A DNA stretch of 9,938 bases from Candidatus Thorarchaeota archaeon (GCA_008080745.1 SHMX01000016.1:1-9938), one strand, 5' to 3'. Shown: positions 1 to 7,047, numbered from the stretch's first letter. Translations and numbers: made by a program. The notes: generated by a model from the letters alone, not told the origin.

Positions 1-121
1 TAGAACGTGTAACTACGTGTTGTGCAAGTCATCATCTTCGCAGGCTATTTTGTTTTGCATTGCTTTTCTCTGATGAGCTGATAGTGAATTTAGTACTTCC
101 AAGACGAAGATGATGAGTAAC

Positions 122-146
122 AAAAAACGTATCGGATTATCCGATA
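122..146 (-). terminator. Putative terminator: hairpin followed by a T6 tract
   Basis: On the minus strand, 8 nt after the TAG stop of ORF 155..904, the sequence reads TATCGGA-TAA-TCCGATA-CG-TTTTTT. This is a perfect 7-bp stem (130-136/140-146) followed by an oligo-T run (122-127). Oligo-T termination is established in archaea; activity here is inferred. Confidence 0.45.
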
Positions 147-154
147 TTCTGTTT

Positions 155-904
155 CTATTCGATGTATTTCTGTTTGTATGTTTCAAAGAAGGGATTGACA
201 AAGTCCTCATTGAGAGTGATTTCCCAGTTCAAGTCTAGTAGATAATACATCATTGTTTCTGAGAATGTGGTTGCAAGGGGTTGCAACATATCATGTATGC
301 AGATTTTGATCCCTCTCGGAGCTAAAATATCCCTGATTTGGTGAAACACTGCTTCTTCCACCTGTAGTCCTGTCCTCTGTTGTATGAGCCCACTCTTCGC
401 AAGTTGGAGAACCAGCTCGTATCCATGAGCTGTGAAGTAGAGGGGTGTGAGGTCATAGAGTGTCTGGGTCTTATCTTCCACTTTTCGCATCCTTCTGAGA
501 ACATAGAGATGTTCATCCTCTCTCTGTCGTGACTGCAAGATAGGTGCTAGGAGTTCCGCCCCCTCATCCTTGACGATATCATCAATATCTATGAAGTGTG
601 TTGGGCCTCCCTGTTCGATCTGCCTCTGTAAGAGGGGGATAAGGGACGTACGTAGTGCTCTCTTGAGAGTGGATATATCTCCATCAGAGGGGAGATCGTG
701 CATGATCTCTGATAGATCCGTATCAAGGATTTGAAATTGCTCAAGACCAAGCTGCGTCAGCATCTCTCCTTGGACAATCAGTCTATTGATATAGCTTAGT
801 TCAAGAAGTCTTTTGCTCAGGTATCTTAGGAATCGTTCCCATTTCCCGTTCTTGATGATGCTTGGAATTGTTTCCCAATCAATAAAACCGTCCCATGTCT
901 TCAC
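155..904 (-). CDS. Hypothetical soluble protein, 249 aa
   Basis: Long ORF with protein-like composition and no TM segment or motif I recognise. The GTG start has no SD, but a weak TATA-like TTATTTAG begins 30 nt upstream (934-927), compatible with a leaderless mRNA. A hairpin/T-tract follows the stop. Confidence 0.75.
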   Translation of the reverse strand: MKTWDGFIDWETIPSIIKNGKWERFLRYLSKRLLELSYINRLIVQGEMLTQLGLEQFQILDTDLSEIMHDLPSDGDISTLKRALRTSLIPLLQRQIEQGGPTHFIDIDDIVKDEGAELLAPILQSRQREDEHLYVLRRMRKVEDKTQTLYDLTPLYFTAHGYELVLQLAKSGLIQQRTGLQVEEAVFHQIRDILAPRGIKICIHDMLQPLATTFSETMMYYLLDLNWEITLNEDFVNPFFETYKQKYIE

Positions 905-1190
905 TGACGAATGTCTACTAGAGGGTCTAAATAATGCATGAAGAGTTGGTTCAGTGTCTGAATTATTACGATATTCTAGTCTATCAAACTCAATGATTCT
1001 ACTCAGAAAAGTGATATCTAAGCAATCCGCTTTCTATGCATGGTTTTTCGGTGATGTGATTGTACTCTCTTCCGTCGGCACACTCTTGATGTTATTGAGC
1101 CCCTACGTCAAAAAGACACCAATTTGGAGTGAATCGCTGTTCTAAATACGTAATCTATATGATGTCTCTCGGTTTTATGCCTATGATGAG

Positions 1191-3611
1191 GTGTACATCA
1201 TTAGTCGATATCCATCAGAGAATCACGTTGTGGTGAAACATTTCTATCAGGGATATACTGAAGCCTGTTCCTCATTGGCAAACGCAATTTGTGGGCAGGT
1301 ACCTGATAATTTTACTCTATCTCGATTGATTCTTGATCGACTTATTTTTCTTTACTTTCTTTCCTCTGGTAAATTCTATCCCTGCGAAAAACAAGGGTCT
1401 GAACATGAAATTTTCGGGGATAATTTTTACAATTCCATTCTGGTACCTTTTTTCTTCAACTCGCCCCGTACTATCATACAAGAAGATATTCCCGCATTAG
1501 ATAAGTCACCTTTGTGGATTTCAGGCATCTTCACTCCAAAATCAGAATATGAGCTTGATTCAACGGGAAAACCATTCAATCTCATGATAGATTCTAAAGT
1601 ATGGAAGACGATATTCGATTTCCTAGATAGTTTTCAATGGTCCCTTGATGAGCTAGCATCTGGCGAGAATGTACTGACCCCACAAATACTTGGGAGTCTA
1701 TATGAAAAGGTTGCACTCAACTCATCAAAGAACAATTACGGTTCATTCTATACCCCCTCTTGGATAGCTGAGCACTTGTCCTCTCAAGCAATCATCTCTT
1801 TGTTTAAGACTAAAATGAGAGATAGATTTGGAGATGCCAATTGGCAATCATGGTTTGAGCAACTTCTTGACAACTCTTACGATAATCTGGACAAGGTCGA
1901 ATTTTTCCTCATGGAAGTCCTCCTCCCTTTGAAAGTGTGTGATAATGCCTGTGGCTCTGGTGCATTCTTACTTGCTGTACTATCTTTCTTAGAACGTTTC
2001 TATAGCGCTTCAATATCAATTCTATCAGATCAGTCAAGTTTCAGTCGAATTCAAGCTGCTATGGGGTCTGAATCTCTTACAACATTCGATATTGTGAGAT
2101 ATATTATCTCAGAGAATCTTTTTGGTGTTGATATCCGGGCTGAAGCACTTGAAGCCACCAGAATTCGTTTGTGGCTGGATCTACTATCTAGGAATATGGT
2201 TTCTCAGGAAAGACTTGATGATCTCCCAGATTTGGAAAAAAACCTCATTAGAGCAGACTCCCTTCTGGGAAGTCCACTTTCCGTGAATCAACAGGCAGCA
2301 CAAACCTCCGAATTTAATTGGGATCTTATGTATCCGGAGGTCTATTCTGATGGTGCTGGCTTTGATATTGTCCTTGGAAACCCGCCTTATTATCGACTGA
2401 GTACTCTTTCCTCCGACTATAGAATGATTCTTGAATCATTGTATACTCATATTAACAGGGAGTCAAATGCCTATACGGGCTTCATCGAATCTGCCTCCAA
2501 CATCATCAAATCAGGAGGTATGGTTGGATATGTAATTCACAAGAATTTTTTCAATCTGGACTCATACTCCTCCTTACGAAGATATCTTGTTGAGAACATG
2601 ACTCTGGTATCTCTCGTTGATTTAGGAAAACGAATTTTCGTTGGGGTGACGGCAGAAACCGTTCTATTGATTTTTGAGAATAGCCCTCCATCAGAAGAAA
2701 ATCTAATATCTCTGTATAAACGAGTCAATGAATCGGAAACTATTCGTTTACTTGGTTTCATCACACAGAATCAGTTTTTGAAAGAAATTAGCAAATGGAA
2801 CCATCGGTTCATGGTCCATCTGGATTCTCACAATGCAACACTATTAGAAAACATAAGAGCAAATTCCACCCCTCTATCTGATTTATGTGATATCTCTCGC
2901 GGAATTGAAACCGGAGATAACAGCCAATATTTATCTGATGTACAGATAGATCCCTCATGGAAGCCTATAATGCGTGGACGAGACATCGGCCGCTATATTC
3001 TACATGATTATGTTTTCATCAAATATTTGCCTGATGAGCTAACCGGTCCCAGAGATCCAAAAATGCTCGAACAGGAAAAACTTGTCACACAACAGAATAG
3101 TGCCGCTCCAACACTTTACTATGACTCTGGACAGCACCTAGTTCTAAATTCTGCCACTGTTATTAGGAGCAAGCAGCAAGAGATTGATTTGAAGGTGATT
3201 CTTATAATTCTCAATTCTTCTCTGTTCAATTGGTTATTTCGGACTGTGATGACCAACTGGTCCACATTAACAACAAATATACTTCCTACTAACTTAGCAT
3301 GTCTTCCTATCAAGGAACCAGAAGATGCATTCTCTTGGAAAACTCTAGCTGAATATCTGTTATTTCTTTCATCAAAAAGAGAGATATCCTCAGAAATTGA
3401 TGCGCTGTTCGTATTTTTTGATAAGATTGCGGATGGAATGGTGGAATCCCTTTATCTGAACAATAATCCAGGCCTACCTGATCGTGTTAGAGATACGATT
3501 CTGCCCATTGATAATATCACATCCGACTTGGAAAAGATTCAAAAAATCATAACTACGATGAATAGGCTTCAGGAGTTTCCTCTATCGCTGATGTTCAACC
3601 AACGTGCATGA
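1191..3611 (+). CDS. N6-adenine DNA methyltransferase, type IIG/Eco57I-like architecture with a TaqI-C-like target recognition domain; no evident endonuclease domain
   Basis: Contains the SAM-binding motif I VCDNACGSGAFLL, the segments LFGVDIRAEALEATRIRLWL and LPDLEKNLIRADSL, and catalytic motif IV FDIVLGNPPYY, in gamma-class order. Other family signatures are RLIFLYFL, TPQILGSLYEK and GSFYTPSWI (N-terminal), and KPIMRGRDIGRY, EKLVTQQ and LKVILIILNSSLFNWLF (TRD). The exact start is uncertain (GTG 1191 or ATT 1200). Confidence 0.92.
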   Translation: MYIISRYPSENHVVVKHFYQGYTEACSSLANAICGQVPDNFTLSRLILDRLIFLYFLSSGKFYPCEKQGSEHEIFGDNFYNSILVPFFFNSPRTIIQEDIPALDKSPLWISGIFTPKSEYELDSTGKPFNLMIDSKVWKTIFDFLDSFQWSLDELASGENVLTPQILGSLYEKVALNSSKNNYGSFYTPSWIAEHLSSQAIISLFKTKMRDRFGDANWQSWFEQLLDNSYDNLDKVEFFLMEVLLPLKVCDNACGSGAFLLAVLSFLERFYSASISILSDQSSFSRIQAAMGSESLTTFDIVRYIISENLFGVDIRAEALEATRIRLWLDLLSRNMVSQERLDDLPDLEKNLIRADSLLGSPLSVNQQAAQTSEFNWDLMYPEVYSDGAGFDIVLGNPPYYRLSTLSSDYRMILESLYTHINRESNAYTGFIESASNIIKSGGMVGYVIHKNFFNLDSYSSLRRYLVENMTLVSLVDLGKRIFVGVTAETVLLIFENSPPSEENLISLYKRVNESETIRLLGFITQNQFLKEISKWNHRFMVHLDSHNATLLENIRANSTPLSDLCDISRGIETGDNSQYLSDVQIDPSWKPIMRGRDIGRYILHDYVFIKYLPDELTGPRDPKMLEQEKLVTQQNSAAPTLYYDSGQHLVLNSATVIRSKQQEIDLKVILIILNSSLFNWLFRTVMTNWSTLTTNILPTNLACLPIKEPEDAFSWKTLAEYLLFLSSKREISSEIDALFVFFDKIADGMVESLYLNNNPGLPDRVRDTILPIDNITSDLEKIQKIITTMNRLQEFPLSLMFNQRA

Positions 3612-3699
3612 ATGTTGAGCCTTTATCCTAGATTGTAAAATTAGCAACAAAAAAATATTGAGAGCTGTCCTTATCAATATCTAATACTTCTATTGCCAT

Positions 3700-4515
3700 A
3701 TGTGTGATCTATTAGCGCTCTCTTTTAATCTGCCCATTACTCCTCGAATATCTTTAGACAACTTTCAATTACGTGGAGAACCAAATCCCGATGGTTGGGG
3801 ACTGGCTTTCTATCACGAATCGCTTTTACGCGTCTTAAAAGAACCAATATCTGCCAAATCAAGCAAATTATTTGACTTCGCTGAAATATACCCGACTTCA
3901 ACAACCTTTGTCAGTCATGTCCGTAGATCCACTGAGGGAGTAAGAAGTTATGCAAATACCCATCCATTCTATCGACAAATCACTACAAATCGTGGCATTC
4001 AGGAATGGGCTTTTGCTCACAATGGAACTCTTACCGAGTTTAAAAACCTGCAACTTAGAACATATCAGCCAATTGGCACGACTGACTCTGAACACGCATT
4101 TTGTTATATTTTGGATGCTATTGCTGGTCAGGATATATCATCTTGGAAAATCTCTGATTTTCAGAGGTTGCAGGGCATTTTTCAAGAGATTAATGACTCA
4201 GATAATACCTTCAATTGTCTATTAACTAATGGTGCCTTTTTGTTTTGTTATTCTGATGAGCAACAACACAATAACGGATTACGATATCTTCCGAAATCTG
4301 TTCCAACTGACTCTATTGAATTCACACGAAGGGATGAATCCTTTGGAATGCTTGATGTCATGAGTGGTAATCTTGAATCTAATCAACAAGAATCGGGTTA
4401 TGTTATTGTGACTAGAGCATTAACGGCAGAAGAATGGATTGAATTCAATCCTGGGGAGCTGATTGTCTTCCAAGAAGGGAAAATTATTTTTCCATATACT
4501 AGGATGGAACAATGA
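3700..4515 (+). CDS. Class II (Ntn-hydrolase) glutamine amidotransferase, YafJ/EgtC/Dug3-like (GATase_4 family)
   Basis: The N-terminus MCDLL places the nucleophilic Cys at residue 2. Family motifs NPDGWGLAFY, SHVRRST, NTHPF, FAHNGTL, GTTDSEHAF and C-terminal EWIEFNPGELIVF are present. The substrate cannot be determined from the sequence. Confidence 0.92.
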   Translation: MCDLLALSFNLPITPRISLDNFQLRGEPNPDGWGLAFYHESLLRVLKEPISAKSSKLFDFAEIYPTSTTFVSHVRRSTEGVRSYANTHPFYRQITTNRGIQEWAFAHNGTLTEFKNLQLRTYQPIGTTDSEHAFCYILDAIAGQDISSWKISDFQRLQGIFQEINDSDNTFNCLLTNGAFLFCYSDEQQHNNGLRYLPKSVPTDSIEFTRRDESFGMLDVMSGNLESNQQESGYVIVTRALTAEEWIEFNPGELIVFQEGKIIFPYTRMEQ

Positions 4516-4544
4516 ATACATTCGCGATGGATAATTTTTGTTTT

Positions 4545-4646
4545 CTAACTATTGAAGTACAATATGAGATAAAATACAAGGAAAAACACGACTCCCATAA
4601 ATAGCAATACTTTCATTATTATTCTTCTTGTTGACATAGTTCTCAT
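4545..4646 (-). CDS. Candidate small single-pass membrane protein (33 aa, or 30 aa from ATG 4637); not in the supplied ORF track
   Basis: Hand translation gives MRTMSTRRIIMKVLLFMGVVFFLVFYLILYFNS*, a basic N-terminus followed by 19 hydrophobic residues. A TATA-like ATAATTAT (4674-4667) with an A-rich upstream segment lies about 28 nt before ATG 4646. T-rich DNA can give such peptides by chance. Confidence 0.35.
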   Translation of the reverse strand: MRTMSTRRIIMKVLLFMGVVFFLVFYLILYFNS

Positions 4647-4708
4647 CTCACAACATTGCACAAAGCATAATTATCTATTATCGTTTTTTCTTTAGTTCTT
4701 TCTATATT

Positions 4709-4735
4709 GGGGACGCAGAAAAATCTGCATTCCCC
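4709..4735 (-). terminator. GC-rich stem-loop just downstream of the PH-protein operon (terminator or 3' stabilising hairpin)
   Basis: Minus strand GGGGA-A-TGCAGA-TTTT-TCTGCG-TCCCC forms an 11-bp stem (one G-U pair, one bulge) starting 10 nt past the end of the 4745 stop codon. No T-tract follows on the minus strand; T-rich DNA flanks it on the plus strand (convergent gene). Confidence 0.5.
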
Positions 4736-4744
4736 TTACCAGAA

Positions 4745-5521
4745 TTATTCTTCTTTCCTCTTTTTGAGCAGCTCAAGAATTTCCGGAAGACATCGAGTAC
4801 TTTCTCGAATGTCTCGTAGTGCTCGAAGTATTTCATCATCAAGTGTATCATCAAGCACCGGAACTGGCTGTTCGGACCTGGGAGTTACTAACTCAGTCCC
4901 CGTCACGTAAGGGTCTCTGAACTTTCTTAACTCTCGTAGGATGAAGTTTCTCACCTCTTCATAGTACATGACTCCTTCTATCTTCTCTTCCGGACCTGGT
5001 TGTCCTGGGCTTCTAATTGACCCTCCAGCGGTTTCAATCTCTACGGAACCTATTCCTAGTATCCTGTCTAGTATTCCTGCTTTAGAGGAGATATTGGTAA
5101 TTGTTCTAAAAGGGACATGTCGCTCGGTCACATTGATGATACCTCTCCTTGTGAAAATTTCTGGCATTGTTTCACCCTTTTCACTAATGACCGAATATCT
5201 GAACGATTTGAAGTAAATTGGAACCGCAATTATTGCTGGAATCATCCAGATCATCATGACTAACCAAAATGCAGAATTTACCGGCCACCACCATTCTGCG
5301 ATGTATGCCCAGAATTGTGCAGGTGTTACGTCACTATCAACGACCTCTATAAAGTATACCATTCCAATCCAGAATCCCATTAGCAGAATATAGATTCCAA
5401 ATGCCAAGAGGAAAATTTCTATCCACATCTTGTATTTGTATCTATTATCAGGGCGGAATACTCTCCCACTAGTTATCTTCTCAATTGGTGGTTTGATCAC
5501 CTTTGCTTTTCTTTCTGTCAT
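4745..5521 (-). CDS. Membrane-anchored bacterial PH-domain protein (bPH_2 / YdbS-like), paralog 2
   Basis: Two N-terminal hydrophobic helices (IEIFLLAFGIYILLMGFWIGMVYF; AFWLVMMIWMIPAIIAVPIYF) are followed by the bPH_2 signature RGIINVTERHVPFRTITNISSKAGILDRILGIGSVEIETAG. The C-terminus has an amphipathic helix EILRALRDIRE. Confidence 0.88.
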   Translation of the reverse strand: MTERKAKVIKPPIEKITSGRVFRPDNRYKYKMWIEIFLLAFGIYILLMGFWIGMVYFIEVVDSDVTPAQFWAYIAEWWWPVNSAFWLVMMIWMIPAIIAVPIYFKSFRYSVISEKGETMPEIFTRRGIINVTERHVPFRTITNISSKAGILDRILGIGSVEIETAGGSIRSPGQPGPEEKIEGVMYYEEVRNFILRELRKFRDPYVTGTELVTPRSEQPVPVLDDTLDDEILRALRDIRESTRCLPEILELLKKRKEE

Positions 5522-5525
5522 TTTC

Positions 5526-6332
5526 TTACTTTCTCCGCAACTCTTCTTTGATATCCCTGATATTAGATTGAAGATTACTGGATGCTTCTAGTTTGCCATC
5601 TATTCTCTCCAGTATGTCTCTAATGTCGCGAAGGGCCACAATGACTTCAGCAGCATCAAAGTGATCACCTGTCCTTTGTGGTTCTTCGAGACCCCCTTCT
5701 GTTTCCATTGTTGTTGCATAGGGTGCCTTGAACTTTCGAATCTCTTGAAGTATATAGTCTCTCAATTCCTCATGGAATACAATACCCTCGATTTTTTCTT
5801 CGGGTCCAGTCTGCATTGAACCTGAATAGCCTGCAGTTTCAATCTCGATATTTCCAATTCCAAATAGTCTGTCAAAAGGTCCAGTTCTATTTGTAAGATT
5901 AGTTATTGCTCTAAAAGGCACATGCTTCTCGGTTATGTCTATTATTCCCTTTTTCACATAGATTTCAGGCAAGCTCTCTCCAGATTCAGCTCGAACTGAA
6001 TATTCAATCCTGTTAATGTAAATTGGTATGAATATTCCAAGAGGCATAATCCATAACATGGAAATGACCCAATACCAGTAGGTAATCTGGCCAAACCATA
6101 ACTCAATGAACTGCTCAACAGAGTAATCATATCCTAACCAACCTACTAGGCTACTTGCAAAATAGAAGGTTACTATTAGCATCGCCCATATAATAAAGGT
6201 AACAAATAAGACTGTAAACCAGAGCTTATTCCTAAAAGCTGGTGCTGGTTTGAAGGTCTTTCCTGCTAGTGTTTCCATTGGTGGTCTGATGACCTTCCCC
6301 GTTTCGGCTTCGTAGTCCCGTCCCACTTTCAT
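5526..6332 (-). CDS. Membrane-anchored bacterial PH-domain protein (bPH_2 / YdbS-like), paralog 1
   Basis: Two TM helices are followed by KGIIDITEKHVPFRAITNLTNRTGPFDRLFGIGNIEIETAG, then a C-terminal coiled-coil-like EVIVALRDIRDILERIDGKLE. The SD-like GGAAGTGA (6340-6333) abuts ATG 6332, so GTG 6326 may be the true start. The stop is 4 nt from the next gene's start. Confidence 0.88.
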   Translation of the reverse strand: MKVGRDYEAETGKVIRPPMETLAGKTFKPAPAFRNKLWFTVLFVTFIIWAMLIVTFYFASSLVGWLGYDYSVEQFIELWFGQITYWYWVISMLWIMPLGIFIPIYINRIEYSVRAESGESLPEIYVKKGIIDITEKHVPFRAITNLTNRTGPFDRLFGIGNIEIETAGYSGSMQTGPEEKIEGIVFHEELRDYILQEIRKFKAPYATTMETEGGLEEPQRTGDHFDAAEVIVALRDIRDILERIDGKLEASSNLQSNIRDIKEELRRK

Positions 6333-6341
6333 TCACTTCCA

Positions 6342-6905
6342 TTATGTACTTCTTTTGTATCGCGGATTCTCCTTAGCTGCAAGTTTTGTAAAAATCGCAA
6401 TGGATTGTTGAGTCATAGGAAGCTGTTTTTGATCTGGACGGAGTTCGATGTTGTATTCTTTGATGATTACATCAAGAGTTTCTCTGCATTCGGATTCTTT
6501 TGGACAATCAGGACATAACTTTCCAGCATACGAATCGTGTTTGTACCAGACAACATTTCCTAACTGCATGGTAAATACGATGTAAACTTGTGCATTAGCC
6601 TGATAATCAAAACCCATCAGGAGACCTTTGTAGTCCTGCACACTTTCAATGTCCAGTCTATGACTTTTGCCTTGATCTTCTAGGGCTTTCTTGATTTTCT
6701 TCCTTGCCCGATTTAGCACTCTAGATACATATGCTACATCCTTGAAAGAAACTGTTGCTTCCTCTTTCTCCTCAAGTATTTGTCTAACATACTTGGGATA
6801 TTTCTGCTCTTTTTCATACTCACTTGCTATTTCTCCTGTGGGCTTTCCTTGCTGGAATTCCCACCATACAATGGCTTCGTGAGTTGAAAGCAATCCCATC
6901 TTCAT
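6342..6905 (-). CDS. Putative transcriptional regulator: sigma-70 region-4-like HTH with an insertion, plus a C-terminal His/Cys putative metal-binding domain
   Basis: LSTHEAIVWWEFQQGKPTGEIA...VSRVLNRARKKIKKALE matches the sigma-4.2 pattern Ls..e..v......G.s..EIA...V...L.RARKKl, and the C-terminal part has WYKH-x7-CPDCPKESEC. It is the first gene of a tight operon (9-nt gap to the next gene). GAGG at 6910-6907 suggests the second ATG (6899) as start. The ORF itself is solid; the function is inferred. Confidence 0.72.
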   Translation of the reverse strand: MKMGLLSTHEAIVWWEFQQGKPTGEIASEYEKEQKYPKYVRQILEEKEEATVSFKDVAYVSRVLNRARKKIKKALEDQGKSHRLDIESVQDYKGLLMGFDYQANAQVYIVFTMQLGNVVWYKHDSYAGKLCPDCPKESECRETLDVIIKEYNIELRPDQKQLPMTQQSIAIFTKLAAKENPRYKRST

Positions 6906-6942
6906 TCCTCGTTTCTTCTTTCATCATCCCATATCAGGGTTG

Positions 6943-7045
6943 TGGTAATTGTTTACATGCTTTATGGTAAACATTTATATTTAAATTCTTGGCATATTGC
7001 ATAGAAATCTGGTAAAGATTTACTAAAACAAGATTTAGTGAAACA
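6943..7045. promoter_or_regulatory. Divergent promoter region with overlapping TATA-like boxes and candidate operator repeats
   Basis: TTTATATTTAAA (6974-6985) reads as a TATA box in both directions. Inverted repeats: TGTTTAC-N10-GTAAACA (6950-6973), AAATCT-N5-AGATTT (7005-7021) and ACTAAA-N6-TTTAGT (7022-7039). Direct repeats: TGGTAA at 6943, 6965 and 7010, and AAGATTTA at 7015 and 7030. Confidence 0.5.
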
Positions 7046-7047
7046 TA

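Noticed and set aside
5-20. ACGTGT direct repeat with a 10-bp period at the window edge
   Set aside because: Two 6-mers are expected by chance, and there is no array structure (not CRISPR).
29-116. Possible C/D box sRNA (TGATGA and CTGA words)
   Set aside because: The boxes are not in C-D'-C'-D order with 10-12-nt guides on either strand within the window.
13-210. 65-aa minus-strand ORF with a hydrophobic stretch
   Set aside because: It overlaps the 3' end of ORF 155..904 in another frame, runs through that gene's terminator-like hairpin, and has no SD or recognisable motif.
905-1041. The frame of ORF 155..904 stays open for 43 more codons upstream, with an ATG (1041) one base out of frame, suggesting a frameshifted longer gene
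   Set aside because: An open stretch of this length is not rare. A TATA-like box 30 nt before GTG 904 explains the annotated start, and there is no canonical slippery heptamer.
954-1190. The 63-aa ORF 954..1145 is in frame with the MTase and separated by a single TAA, suggesting readthrough or a decayed nuclease domain
   Set aside because: It would add only about 80 aa with no nuclease motif, another stop lies at 939, the region must hold two promoters, and TAA is not a known recoding codon.
322-4225. Short alternative-frame or antisense ORFs (322..516, 2537..2764, 3119..3313, 3898..4095, 3950..4225)
   Set aside because: They lie entirely within longer, better-supported genes and have no motifs; these are shadow ORFs.
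4707-6882. Plus-strand ORFs 4707..4910, 4968..5216 and 6691..6882
   Set aside because: They are antisense to the PH and regulator genes, with Ser/Ile-rich composition typical of reverse-complement shadows.
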